Positions 49,906 to 59,228 of a stretch of 64,000 nt of DNA are shown here, one piece after another. Positions within the stretch are counted from its first letter, which is position 1. Each line of letters opens with the position of its first letter. The position numbers were made by a program, and so were the translations under genes. The notes beneath the pieces were generated by a model. It was not told the origin of the DNA. It did no database searches and worked only from the letters and a program-made list of their open reading frames with translations. Source of the DNA: Patescibacteria group bacterium (GTDB lineage: Bacteria; Patescibacteriota; Minisyncoccia; Phycocordibacterales; UBA1550). The stretch spans positions 186,059-250,058 of the forward strand of contig JBBTWP010000001.1 of the NCBI GenBank assembly GCA_038062675.1, read 5' to 3'.

Positions 49906-50149
49906 CTAAACGCTCACTCCCTTTGAGTCAAAAATAGCCTGCATGCCCGGGCCTCATTTATGTGACGCTGTGCCGCAGTGATTATCTTGATTTTTAAAAA
50001 GGCACCGATATTTCAAATGGCACCAAACGACAGGGGGTATTATAGACGCGTTACCCAACTGCGTAGCGCTAAATATGGCACAAATATTACGCACCACACG
50101 TAGTGATCGACACAGTGACTCATAAATTAGCCAACAAAAACCCCGCCAT

Positions 50150-50180
50150 CAGGCGGGGGTGTGCTTCTCTACTTTTTCCC
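50150..50180 (-). terminator. rho-independent terminator
   Basis: cccccgcctgatggcggggg hairpin followed by tttttg on the minus strand, downstream of radC. Confidence 0.75.
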
Positions 50181-50747
50181 TCACATCAATCCTCGCTCCG
50201 CCATACTCACCACCGCGCTCCCCGTCACCACAAAGTGATCGAGCACGCTCACTTCGACGAGAGCAAGTGCATCCTTGAGCCTCATCGTAAGTGCCGTGTC
50301 TGCGGCACTTGGTTCTGCAACCCCTGAAGGATGGTTATGGGCAAAGATGACACTGGCGGCGTTAAGCGCAAGTGCCCGCTTTACCACTTCGCGCGGATGG
50401 ACGGATGCACCCGCGAGGGTGCCGCGAAAGAGTTCCTCGGCAAGAATGAGATGATGTTGCGTAGTAAGGAAAAGAACAACAAAGACCTCATGTTCTCGTC
50501 CGTGGAGCAATACCTTGAGATACTCCTTAACGGTGTACGGTGAAGAAAAAACGTCTTCACCGTAAAGCTTTTCTTCAAGCGAGAGACGGACGAGTTCCCG
50601 GGCCACCGCAAGTTTCGGTACGTAGTTTTTGCTTCCTTCCTCTGCATAAAGAAGGGTGGTGAGTGAGCCTTGGTACAGCTTCTGTGCTTTCTTCGAACCT
50701 ACAAGAAGGGACAGAAGGTCAAGGTGTGATAGGTGGTGAAATGTCAT
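50181..50747 (-). CDS. radC: RadC-like JAB domain protein
   Basis: [18 protein letters not shown] motif. SD aaggag 7 nt upstream of the chosen ATG. Confidence 0.8.
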   Translation of the reverse strand: MTFHHLSHLDLLSLLVGSKKAQKLYQGSLTTLLYAEEGSKNYVPKLAVARELVRLSLEEKLYGEDVFSSPYTVKEYLKVLLHGREHEVFVVLFLTTQHHLILAEELFRGTLAGASVHPREVVKRALALNAASVIFAHNHPSGVAEPSAADTALTMRLKDALALVEVSVLDHFVVTGSAVVSMAERGLM

Positions 50748-50810
50748 ATCGAGCTCCTTTATGTAAAGAACAAACCCGATATACATAATTATCTTTATAT
50801 AGCCCGAAAA

Positions 50811-50880
50811 CACGACGCGAGAATGTGCCGCGTGGACACGCTGCTAATCACTCAAACAGGCGGGTCATAATTCATGAAAA
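50811..50880. repeat. direct repeat R1 (about 70 nt)
   Basis: cacgacgcgagaatgtgccgcgtggacacgctgctaatcactcaaacaggcgggtcataattcatgaa. Related to R2 and R3. Confidence 0.7.
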
Positions 50881-51017
50881 TAAGGTGTGACAATGGTGTT
50901 CAATCTGAAAAGGCACAGGAAAAGGCACCTGCAAATTATCAATAAAGAATCGGGGACTATAATTTTGCTCTGTCATAAAATGCTCAATGCTACTAGCGTA
51001 ATGGGGAAGATTTCATC

Positions 51018-52322
51018 GTGGGATATTTTCGGCAACTTACCGAAGCAGCAGATTGGCTAGTCACTCATCAAAATTTGGACGGAGGGTGGGGACTTAGCCC
51101 AAAGCAAGCTTCGTCAGTGGTAAATACGGCTGAATCAATATTTATTCTCGTAGAGGCAAACCACCTATGCGGTACTCATTACTCTGACCAGATTTTGAAG
51201 GGGTTTGAATTCATTTGGCGGCAACTACTAGAACAACTTGAAAAATATCCAAGAACTCGCTATGTCCAATTTGCGCTATGGAATTTCCCAAACCCAATAG
51301 TTGATTATCCAGGGGAGGTAAAGCGATACACTGAATGGCTTTTGGGCGCGCAAAATGATGATGGTGGCTGGGGGCACCACTCCAAGGACGGACAGTCCTC
51401 ACTCTTCCCGTCGGTACTTTCTTTGCTGGTATTGAATCGCCTCGGCACACTCACGAAAGAGAGTCGTGCAAAGGGCATTTCTTGGCTGCTTTCCAAAAGG
51501 GACGGGAAGGGGCTATGGGGATTTGTCTCTGGTCAACAAAGCAAAGTTGCAACCGCACAAGCTGTTCATGCTCTAGTAAATAACAAATATGAGATTGACG
51601 ATAGTGCAGTAAAAAATCTGATCGACTTTTTAAGTTCAGACTTGGATTGGGGTGTGGAAATTGAAAATGTGCCAGGGACAAAATGGGAGCATTCAAAAGT
51701 ACTGTGGATCGTGCCAAGCCTTCTTCTGCTTGGAACTGAGCCATATGAACATGTCATAGCCGACGCTGTTCGTAAAGTTAACACTCTACGGTATGAGAAT
51801 GGATGGAAAGAGCCCGATGGAGCAGAGACAATCCGCGGTCAGTTCTGGATTACAAGTATGTACGCCAAACTACATAAGGCTTTCGATCCAGCCATCGTGA
51901 CTTACAGAATTGAGTCAGCCTTATCAATCCAAAAACAAAAATACCTAGAGCCGGAGTATGTTCACCTCTTGCCCTCATCCAAATATTTTAGATTTGTGTT
52001 TCATTCACGCTGGTATCGCATAGCGACATATTTCTGTTTTTTCAGCAGCTTTTGTATACTGTTCCTTGTACCAACAATTGATTTGACCATTAAGAGATCG
52101 GCAATCGTTAGTGCATTATCAGTCCTAACCGTGAGCTTGTTTGCATCCTCGCTCATTCTTATAAAGAAACGAAAATCTTTTTTCCCTCCTTGGATAAGCA
52201 AAGGAATATTTCCGATTATTATAGGGATTATTATAGTCTTCGAGATTGTGAGTGCTGCGTTAGGAATAAGCGTACAGGATATTTATAAAATATTGTTAAC
52301 ACCCGCAATAACTTCCAAATAA
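51018..52322 (+). CDS. prenyltransferase/squalene-cyclase-repeat (alpha-toroid) protein with C-terminal TM helices
   Basis: Repeated (D/N)GGWG motifs: HQNLDGGWGLS, AQNDDGGWGHH, KRDGKGLWGF. Three or four C-terminal TM segments. Confidence 0.6.
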   Translation: MGYFRQLTEAADWLVTHQNLDGGWGLSPKQASSVVNTAESIFILVEANHLCGTHYSDQILKGFEFIWRQLLEQLEKYPRTRYVQFALWNFPNPIVDYPGEVKRYTEWLLGAQNDDGGWGHHSKDGQSSLFPSVLSLLVLNRLGTLTKESRAKGISWLLSKRDGKGLWGFVSGQQSKVATAQAVHALVNNKYEIDDSAVKNLIDFLSSDLDWGVEIENVPGTKWEHSKVLWIVPSLLLLGTEPYEHVIADAVRKVNTLRYENGWKEPDGAETIRGQFWITSMYAKLHKAFDPAIVTYRIESALSIQKQKYLEPEYVHLLPSSKYFRFVFHSRWYRIATYFCFFSSFCILFLVPTIDLTIKRSAIVSALSVLTVSLFASSLILIKKRKSFFPPWISKGIFPIIIGIIIVFEIVSAALGISVQDIYKILLTPAITSK

Positions 52323-52324
52323 TT

Positions 52325-52735
52325 ATGCAGTACATGTACAAAATAGGACTTGCACACATAAGAAACAACAGATTACTTTTGTGCCGTCCATTCGCATTTG
52401 ACCCCCTGATTCTTCCAGGCGGTTTGAAAAAAACAGGGGAATCACCGGTTGAAAATCTGATGCGGCAGATCGTCGAAGAGCTTGGCGGAGGGGCTCATTT
52501 GGAAACCAGTTCTCTCCGTTACTTGGGTAATTTCTCAGATTTTGCGGCTGGCAAAACAGAAAGGATTGTAGAGATTGAACTATATAGCGGGGAGTTGTCA
52601 GGAACTCTTGTAGCTTCTTCTGAGATACAGGAACTCAAGTGGTTCTCACCAACAGATGATTGGGAAACGCTTTCCCCCATAATTAAAAACAAGATACTTC
52701 CGTTCCTCATACAGAATGGTTCTTTATTGAAATAA
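52325..52735 (+). CDS. NUDIX hydrolase
   Basis: Nudix box PGGLKKTGESPVENLMRQIVEELGG. Separated from the upstream gene by 2 nt. Confidence 0.65.
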   Translation: MQYMYKIGLAHIRNNRLLLCRPFAFDPLILPGGLKKTGESPVENLMRQIVEELGGGAHLETSSLRYLGNFSDFAAGKTERIVEIELYSGELSGTLVASSEIQELKWFSPTDDWETLSPIIKNKILPFLIQNGSLLK

Positions 52736-52755
52736 TACGAGTTGCTCGCGTCAAA

Positions 52756-52790
52756 CACGACGTGAGAATGCGCCATGTGGACACACTGCA
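52756..52790. repeat. direct repeat R2 (34-nt core)
   Basis: cacgacgtgagaatgcgccatgtggacacactgc. Confidence 0.65.
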
Positions 52791-52794
52791 TTGT

Positions 52795-52830
52795 TCCCGA
52801 AAAACGCGAACACAAAAAACCCGGCCTTCC
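52795..52830. terminator. bidirectional terminator
   Basis: aaaaaacccggccttccgaccgggttct hairpin with an A-run and a T-run on opposite sides, between convergent genes. Confidence 0.6.
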
Positions 52831-52849
52831 GACCGGGTTCTACAACTTC

Positions 52850-53767
52850 CTATGCGCACTGATCCGCACTACTCTTTTCCAACGCAACCTCCTTCAGATA
52901 TCGACAAGCGACCTGAGCTGCACTTGATGCGGTAAAGATTGCCGTCTTCTCTTGGTGGAGCACCGTAAGCCAGCTTCTCACGTAGAACGCATGGTCACGC
53001 CGTGGATGCAGATAGATGCCAAGATCAGCACAAAGAAATGCCGCGCCGAGCTCTGCCACCAACTCTTCCATGGCATAGGCAAAGGTACCGAAGCGACCCG
53101 AAAGATCACGGTTCAAGCGCTTGGGGTGTCCCGACCAATGCACATGTTCATGGAGCAGCACCGAGTAGAAGGACTCAGTTGCCGAGCTTGTTTCCGTGCC
53201 CACGAATTGCCGACGCTCCGGCATACTGATACGGTCAAAAGCTCTGCTGTAAGCCGCGATGTCACCGCCATAGAGCACTTCCGCACCAAGCGACGAGATG
53301 AACGTATCTACGGTCTCCAATTGCTGTGTGCGGTCTTCTGGCAGTTCCTCTGCCTTCTGCCAGCCGTCTACTTGTTCCGCATTGAATACGGAGGAGCTGC
53401 GCATAATGGGAGGAAGCTTGGGGGTGTTGTCATTATGTGGCTCGTCTTCACCTTCTGCTTCCCTCTGTTTGAAGTAGATGATGGGTGAGGCTTTTTCTCC
53501 CCGCCTGACCTGAGCGCCGAGTTCGCTCCACTGACGGTAGGTGGCAAAGTAGGGTGATGTGTAACCGCGCAGTTGGCACGTAACCCATAATGCGAGGGTA
53601 TTAACCCCGTGGTAATGGTTGTGGGTGAGTGCATTCCGTGGCATGCCTCCGGCACGTTGGTGCCACGGCATAACATACTCTTCCCCGCTCGCTTCAATGG
53701 CCTTGATGATTTCATCGGTTATGCGGGCATGTACATCTCCCCGCTCAAAAGAACGTTCCGCTTTCAT
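52850..53767 (-). CDS. ardC: ArdC-like antirestriction protein (ssDNA-binding N-domain + zincin)
   Basis: N-terminal ITDEIIKAIEASGEEYVMPWH. C-terminal metalloprotease HEHVH motif. Confidence 0.7.
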   Translation of the reverse strand: MKAERSFERGDVHARITDEIIKAIEASGEEYVMPWHQRAGGMPRNALTHNHYHGVNTLALWVTCQLRGYTSPYFATYRQWSELGAQVRRGEKASPIIYFKQREAEGEDEPHNDNTPKLPPIMRSSSVFNAEQVDGWQKAEELPEDRTQQLETVDTFISSLGAEVLYGGDIAAYSRAFDRISMPERRQFVGTETSSATESFYSVLLHEHVHWSGHPKRLNRDLSGRFGTFAYAMEELVAELGAAFLCADLGIYLHPRRDHAFYVRSWLTVLHQEKTAIFTASSAAQVACRYLKEVALEKSSADQCA

Positions 53768-53873
53768 ATCTGTCTCCTTGTCACGCCAGGAACACCGGGG
53801 ATTCGGTGCTCCAAAGTGACAACGAGAGAAATGCGGTTTCCTACTTCATCATCGCCCAACGGGTGAGCGCCGG

Positions 53874-53940
53874 CACGACGTGGGAATGTGCCGCGTGGAC
53901 ACGCTACTATTTGTTCAATCAGGCAGGTCGTAATTCATGA
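53874..53940. repeat. direct repeat R3 (about 70 nt)
   Basis: cacgacgtgggaatgtgccgcgtggacacgctactatttgttcaatcaggcaggtcgtaattcatgaa. Shares extended similarity with R1. Confidence 0.7.
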
Positions 53941-54019
53941 AGTGCAATCTTTCCGCACGACGCGAAAAGTGTCTGTAAGGACATGGCTTCCGTGCCGTGT
54001 ATTCCCCTGTGTACTAGGT

Positions 54020-55216
54020 ATGCTTTCTTTCATGAAGAAGCATGTACCCATCTCGTATTTCGGAGTAACCAACGGACGGAAGAAGCTGCGGTTCGGTATC
54101 AAAGAGCGCGACCGGCTTTTTCACCTGTACGCCATTGGCAAGACCGGTACCGGAAAATCGACACTTCTGGAAACGCTGGCGCGTCAGGATATACGGCACG
54201 GGCACGGTCTGTGTGTCATTGACCCCCACGGTGATTTGGCAGAGCGGCTGGTAGCGTATGCGATGGGTGTGCGCCGAGGTGACCTCATCTACCTTGATGC
54301 TGCGGACATCACTCAGCCGTACGGATACAACCCACTACGGCGTGTGCGAAAAGACAAAGTACCACTTGCAGTGTCAGGCCTTCTTGAGGCATTCAAGAAG
54401 CTGTTTGACGATGCGTGGGGAGTGCGTATGGAGCACATATTTCGGAACACGCTCTATGCCTTGATCGAGTATGGCAACGCGACGCTCCCCGATGTGCTCC
54501 GCATGGTATCTGATGCCAAATTCCAGAGGGACGTGCTCAAACACGTGGAGAATGTACAGGTGCGGAAATTCTGGGAAGAGGAATTTCCGCACTACAATCC
54601 GCGCTACCGGCAGGAGATGATCTCCCCCATTCAGAACAAAATCGGTGCCTTCTTGGCCGACCCCCGACTCCATCGAATATTCACGGAACCACCGGTTGAC
54701 CTCCACTTCCGCCACATCATGGATACGGGAAAAATCCTCATCGTTAATCTCGCCAAAGGGCGGTTGGGGGACGACAGTGCGAATTTGTTGGGAGCCTTAC
54801 TCGTTACCACGCTCAGTCTTGCTGGGTGGTCCCGGAGTGAGATTCCCGAACGAGAACGTCGCAACTTTTTTGTGTATCTCGATGAGTTTCAAACCTTCAC
54901 CACGCTTTCCGTGACGAATGCGGTTTCTGAACTGCGGAAGTACGCTCTGGGGTTCGTGCTTGCCAACCAACACCTCCACCAGCTCACCGAGGACGTGCGG
55001 CATGCGGTGCTCGGGAATGTCGGTACCATCATCACCTTCCGTGTGGGGCCGGAGGATGCACGCATTCTTGCGCGTGAATTTAGTCCGGTGTTTTCCCCTG
55101 AAGACTTGTCGAGCCTTCCCAACCACGACATCTACGTGAAGCTCATGATCGACGGTGCGCCGGGGAGGCCGTTCAGTGCGACAACGCTCCATCCCCAAAA
55201 CCAAGAAGCATCTTGA
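54020..55216 (+). CDS. TraD/TrwB/HerA-like P-loop ATPase (FtsK-HerA superfamily)
   Basis: Walker A AIGKTGTGKST, IDPHGDL and FVYLDEFQTF (Walker B). The ORF-track start at 53888 is a GTG inside repeat R3, so the start is taken at ATG 54020. Confidence 0.6.
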   Translation: MLSFMKKHVPISYFGVTNGRKKLRFGIKERDRLFHLYAIGKTGTGKSTLLETLARQDIRHGHGLCVIDPHGDLAERLVAYAMGVRRGDLIYLDAADITQPYGYNPLRRVRKDKVPLAVSGLLEAFKKLFDDAWGVRMEHIFRNTLYALIEYGNATLPDVLRMVSDAKFQRDVLKHVENVQVRKFWEEEFPHYNPRYRQEMISPIQNKIGAFLADPRLHRIFTEPPVDLHFRHIMDTGKILIVNLAKGRLGDDSANLLGALLVTTLSLAGWSRSEIPERERRNFFVYLDEFQTFTTLSVTNAVSELRKYALGFVLANQHLHQLTEDVRHAVLGNVGTIITFRVGPEDARILAREFSPVFSPEDLSSLPNHDIYVKLMIDGAPGRPFSATTLHPQNQEAS

Positions 55217-55277
55217 GGGATATGGCATGAGGGAGTCTAATGCAAAGCTTCGCAAACGATCATGAGGGGAGAACATC

Positions 55278-55784
55278 ATGGGAAAGGTCGTACCGGAAAC
55301 CATCCTTTCGCATTGGAACACTATGGTCCAGGGGATGAAGCATTCGTCGAAGAGCTTCTATGATTCTGTTGAGCAAATCTTGGGTGCCCACCATCTTGAA
55401 CATATCAAGATTGAGCGTGTGAATCTTTTCGAGGGCAGTATTCTGTCCGCGAAACGCGAGTATCTGCAAATAAGGCGAGAAGCGTTGGTGTTTCATATCT
55501 GTGCCGCACCGTTCGGCAACGGCTTCTTTGTTTCGTGGTGGCTGGGAGAACGGGAAAAAGGATTCTTTGCACTCTTGGCGCGTATTCCCGTTATTGGTTT
55601 TTTCCTCCGCTCTGTACTGAAGCCTCTTACCTACTACAAATTTGATACCACAGGCATGTTTCAGTCGGTAACCCACGCGGCGGTGCTCGAAACGCTGGAT
55701 GCCGTGGTGAATGCGCAGGGCATACGGGCACTGTCCGACCTTGACCGGAAGCCGATCATGCGTGATTTCTTCGGGCGTACGTAG
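55278..55784 (+). CDS. hypothetical protein
   Basis: 168-aa ORF between the two ATPase genes. Confidence 0.4.
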   Translation: MGKVVPETILSHWNTMVQGMKHSSKSFYDSVEQILGAHHLEHIKIERVNLFEGSILSAKREYLQIRREALVFHICAAPFGNGFFVSWWLGEREKGFFALLARIPVIGFFLRSVLKPLTYYKFDTTGMFQSVTHAAVLETLDAVVNAQGIRALSDLDRKPIMRDFFGRT

Positions 55785-55801
55785 CGCTTCGTGAGTCTCT
55801 C

Positions 55802-58800
55802 GTGACACGCCCCCTTGCAGAGCGCATTACCGAAAGCTTCTACGCATGGGAATTGCGGGGACGTGGGTGGTCCCTTTCCGATTACCCGGTATCCCTTGAG
55901 CCGCCCTACCGACCAATCTTTTTGCTTCCTTCGCAAGGTAATGACGGCGTGTGTGACGACGGGAAACGGCCAACATTTCTTTCCTCGCTCGCGTTGGTGA
56001 CAAAGAATATTTGGAAGAGCGGCAATCATCCCTTTCCAGCTCTTCCCGCTCCACCCTTCGAGGAAATGCTGCCATTCCCCGCTCCCCCGTCCAGTGAGCG
56101 TGCAACACTTACGATACGGGTACCGGCGGATTTCGCGGCACAGGTCGAGGTTGCACAAAAGCTTCTGCTTACACTCTCGACCGCGCTTCAACCTCTTTGC
56201 TTTGAAATTGTAGGTCGGTACAAATCTGTGGTGTTTCAAATTACCTGCGCCGCATCTGACACGACCCACGTCATTGAAACCATCCGTGGATATGTCCCCG
56301 ATGCGGTCGTTACCGAAGAATCCGATATTTTGGTGGACGCGTGGGATATCAGAGAAGAGGGCGCCGTTATTGACTTCGGCCTGTCCCACGAATTCTTTCT
56401 GCCGCTTCAAGCCGTCAATTCCTTCACCATTGATCCATACATTCCCCTCGTTGGAGCGCTCGGGCAGATGGGTGCAGACGAGTTGGGCTGCGTTCAAATA
56501 CTCTTCGCGCGGGTCAGGAACCCATGGGCAGAAAGTGCCAGAGATGCGGTGAATGACGGCAAAGGCGGGTGCATTTTTGCCGACGCGCCAGAATTTGTGA
56601 AGCTCACGCGCGAGAAAACGGAAACGCCGCTCTTTGCGGTAGTGATTCGTATTGCAGCACAAGGAATGGCACCAGAACGGGCATGGAGTATTGCGCGTTC
56701 TCTCGGAAGCTTCTTTCTTCAATTCGCACGCTCGGGCAGCAATGAACTCATACCGCTCGACAATGACGCATACCCCGACGAACTGCATACGCAAGCGCTC
56801 CTTGCACGCGAGAGCTACCGCACGGGAATGATTCTTTCCCTTCCAGAACTCTCCGGGTTGGTGCACTTCCCTGACGCATCCGTTCTCCATGAAGCGCTTC
56901 ACCGTGAACGTAAATCCACCAAAGCACTTCCCGAGGTAGCGCTCGGTCATCATTTGATTCTGGGAGAAAATATACACCGGGGTATTTGCACGCCGGCGAC
57001 ACTGGGGACTAGTGACCGGCTCCAACATGTACATGTGATTGGTGCTTCGGGTACCGGGAAATCTACGCTTCTCCTCAACCTCATCGAGCAGGATATTGCA
57101 AAGGGTGAAGGTGTCGCTGTCTTTGACCCCCATGGAGACTTGATCGAAGAAATTCTTGCGCGTGTTCCCGAGGAACGTACTCACGACGTGGTGGTATTTG
57201 ATCCCGGTGATGAAGCGTGGCCCATGGGATTCAATGTACTGTCTGCAACCAGTGAAATTGAAAAGAACCTCATTGCATCCGACATGGTGGGCATCTTCAA
57301 ACGCTTAGCGACAAGCTGGGGCGACACTATGAGCGCAGTGTTGGGGAATGCGGTGCTTGCCATGCTCGAAGGTAAGCAGGGCGGAACGCTTCTCGATCTG
57401 CGGCGTTTTCTCCTTGATGACATGTTTCGGAAGCGGTTTCTCGCCGAGATTGCTGATGAGGAAATCCGTTTCTTCTGGCACAAGGAATACCCGCTCATCG
57501 GTTCCCGCTCCATTGGGCCGATCCTCACCAGATTGAACGCATTCCTTCGCGCCAAGCTCATCCGTAACATTGTGGGGCAGAAGGGTGGCACGCTCGATAT
57601 TTCAAAAATCATGAACGTGCGCAAGGTGCTCTTGGTTAAACTTTCTCATGGCATCATCGGTGAAGAGAACGCGCACCTTCTGGGAAGCTTACTCGTGAGC
57701 AAATTCCACCAGTCGGCGCTCCTCCGACAACAGGTAGCTAAAGACTCGCGCAGTCCGTATTTTCTTTACCTTGATGAATTTCAGCACTTCGTCACGCCTT
57801 CAATGTCATCCCTCCTTACCGACTCACGGAAATATGCATTGGGGCTTACCTTGGCGCATCAGACGCTTGCACAGCTTGATGATTCTCCTGTGAAGAGTGC
57901 GGTCCTTGGCAATGCGCATACGCGCATCGTGTTTCGGGTTGATTACGCTGATGTGGCGACCCTTGCACGCGGGTTTGCTTCCTTTGATGCAGAGGATGTG
58001 CAGAACCTGTCGCGGGGGGAGGCGGTGGTCCGAATGGGGCGTGCGGAGAACGACTTTAATCTGCACACGTTCCCCGCGACGCATATTGAACAAGATGTGG
58101 CACGAGCACGGAGCGCATCCGTTATTGCACATTCACGAGAGATGTTTGCGACACCGCGTGCCGTACTCGAAGAAGGGTTCCGTACAGCACAGGAGCCGCA
58201 GGAAGCGGCGGTGGTTGGTGCGGTAACAGTTGCAGAAGAAAAACGAGAGGCGACGCAAAAGGAAAAAGCACTTGCCACCCGTAAACGCGAAATCACTCCT
58301 CCTGTTCTACCACCATCTCCACCAACTCTCCGGGCACACCCCATTCCCCCACCGGAACCGTCACCCCTTGGCCGGGGCGGGCAGGAACATAAGTACCTTC
58401 AACATCTGGTGAAGCGATTAGGTGAGGAGCGGGGGTTTCGCGCAATCATTGAAGAACAGGTGCCGAATGGCCAGGTTGACGTGGTGCTCCGCAAAGAATC
58501 GTTGGTGATTGCTTGTGAAATTTCAATCACCACGAACGTCGATCACGAAGTCGAGAATATCCAAAAATGTCTGGCTTCAGGGTTTACTAAAATTCTCTTC
58601 ATTACGCCCGATGCAAAGCGGCGCGAAAAAGTCGGAAAAAAGCTGAAGGAGGTTCCGAATGGAACACTTGTTGACCTATTGGGACCGGAAGACATTTTGC
58701 CTACTTTGGATCGGCTTGATACCATGACGCCGACCCAAACAACAGTGCGGGGTTACAAGGTGAAAGTGACACGGCAAACGCTCTCCCCCGCAGATGTTGC

Positions 58801-58864
58801 AGAGCGGCGGTCGGTGGTGGCGCAGGTTATTGCGCGGTCGCTTTCAAGAGTGAAGAAGGGGTGA
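55802..58864 (+). CDS. large multidomain protein: unknown N-domain, TraD/HerA-like ATPase, Pro-rich linker, C-terminal nuclease-like domain
   Basis: Second Walker A VIGASGTGKST, FDPHGDL, FLYLDEFQHF. C-terminal VDVVLRKE...HEVENIQKC resembles a restriction-endonuclease-like fold. Confidence 0.6.
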   Translation: MTRPLAERITESFYAWELRGRGWSLSDYPVSLEPPYRPIFLLPSQGNDGVCDDGKRPTFLSSLALVTKNIWKSGNHPFPALPAPPFEEMLPFPAPPSSERATLTIRVPADFAAQVEVAQKLLLTLSTALQPLCFEIVGRYKSVVFQITCAASDTTHVIETIRGYVPDAVVTEESDILVDAWDIREEGAVIDFGLSHEFFLPLQAVNSFTIDPYIPLVGALGQMGADELGCVQILFARVRNPWAESARDAVNDGKGGCIFADAPEFVKLTREKTETPLFAVVIRIAAQGMAPERAWSIARSLGSFFLQFARSGSNELIPLDNDAYPDELHTQALLARESYRTGMILSLPELSGLVHFPDASVLHEALHRERKSTKALPEVALGHHLILGENIHRGICTPATLGTSDRLQHVHVIGASGTGKSTLLLNLIEQDIAKGEGVAVFDPHGDLIEEILARVPEERTHDVVVFDPGDEAWPMGFNVLSATSEIEKNLIASDMVGIFKRLATSWGDTMSAVLGNAVLAMLEGKQGGTLLDLRRFLLDDMFRKRFLAEIADEEIRFFWHKEYPLIGSRSIGPILTRLNAFLRAKLIRNIVGQKGGTLDISKIMNVRKVLLVKLSHGIIGEENAHLLGSLLVSKFHQSALLRQQVAKDSRSPYFLYLDEFQHFVTPSMSSLLTDSRKYALGLTLAHQTLAQLDDSPVKSAVLGNAHTRIVFRVDYADVATLARGFASFDAEDVQNLSRGEAVVRMGRAENDFNLHTFPATHIEQDVARARSASVIAHSREMFATPRAVLEEGFRTAQEPQEAAVVGAVTVAEEKREATQKEKALATRKREITPPVLPPSPPTLRAHPIPPPEPSPLGRGGQEHKYLQHLVKRLGEERGFRAIIEEQVPNGQVDVVLRKESLVIACEISITTNVDHEVENIQKCLASGFTKILFITPDAKRREKVGKKLKEVPNGTLVDLLGPEDILPTLDRLDTMTPTQTTVRGYKVKVTRQTLSPADVAERRSVVAQVIARSLSRVKKG

Positions 58865-58938
58865 AAGTAGGCTATTGGGCTGGCGTATTCGTGGTTGCTG
58901 TGCAATTCTACAAACTATTCCATTAAAGGCGTCTTGTA

Positions 58939-58966
58939 TTGACAAATTATTACAATATGTTACTAT
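58939..58966 (+). promoter_or_regulatory. sigma70-like promoter (TTGACA-16-TACTAT)
   Basis: Consensus -35 TTGACA with a 16-nt spacer and -10 TACTAT. Followed by an about 260-nt leader before the next start. Confidence 0.5.
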
Positions 58967-59228
58967 GGTAGTTAGAAGTTCTCCTCTCAGGTACGAACCC
59001 AGAAATTATCCCACACTGACGCGCCGATGTTTGCGCGCAAATACATCGAGCAATTCCACAACCCGCGATGTCGGCGAAGACTTGAAGTCGGTCAACAGCA
59101 GAAATTACTCTTAACTCAACCGTCCGTGAAAAAGCGGTAGAACCCCTCCCCGTACGTCGCCCGTTAGTTTGTAGGCTGAGGTGCATATTTGCTTGTGCAT
59201 CTCCACTGCAAATCAACTGGAGAAATTT

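Noticed and set aside
53888-54019. ORF-track start of the first ATPase at 53888
   Set aside because: That start is a GTG embedded in direct repeat R3 with no RBS. The Walker A region begins well downstream, so I used ATG 54020. The true start remains uncertain (54020 or 54032).
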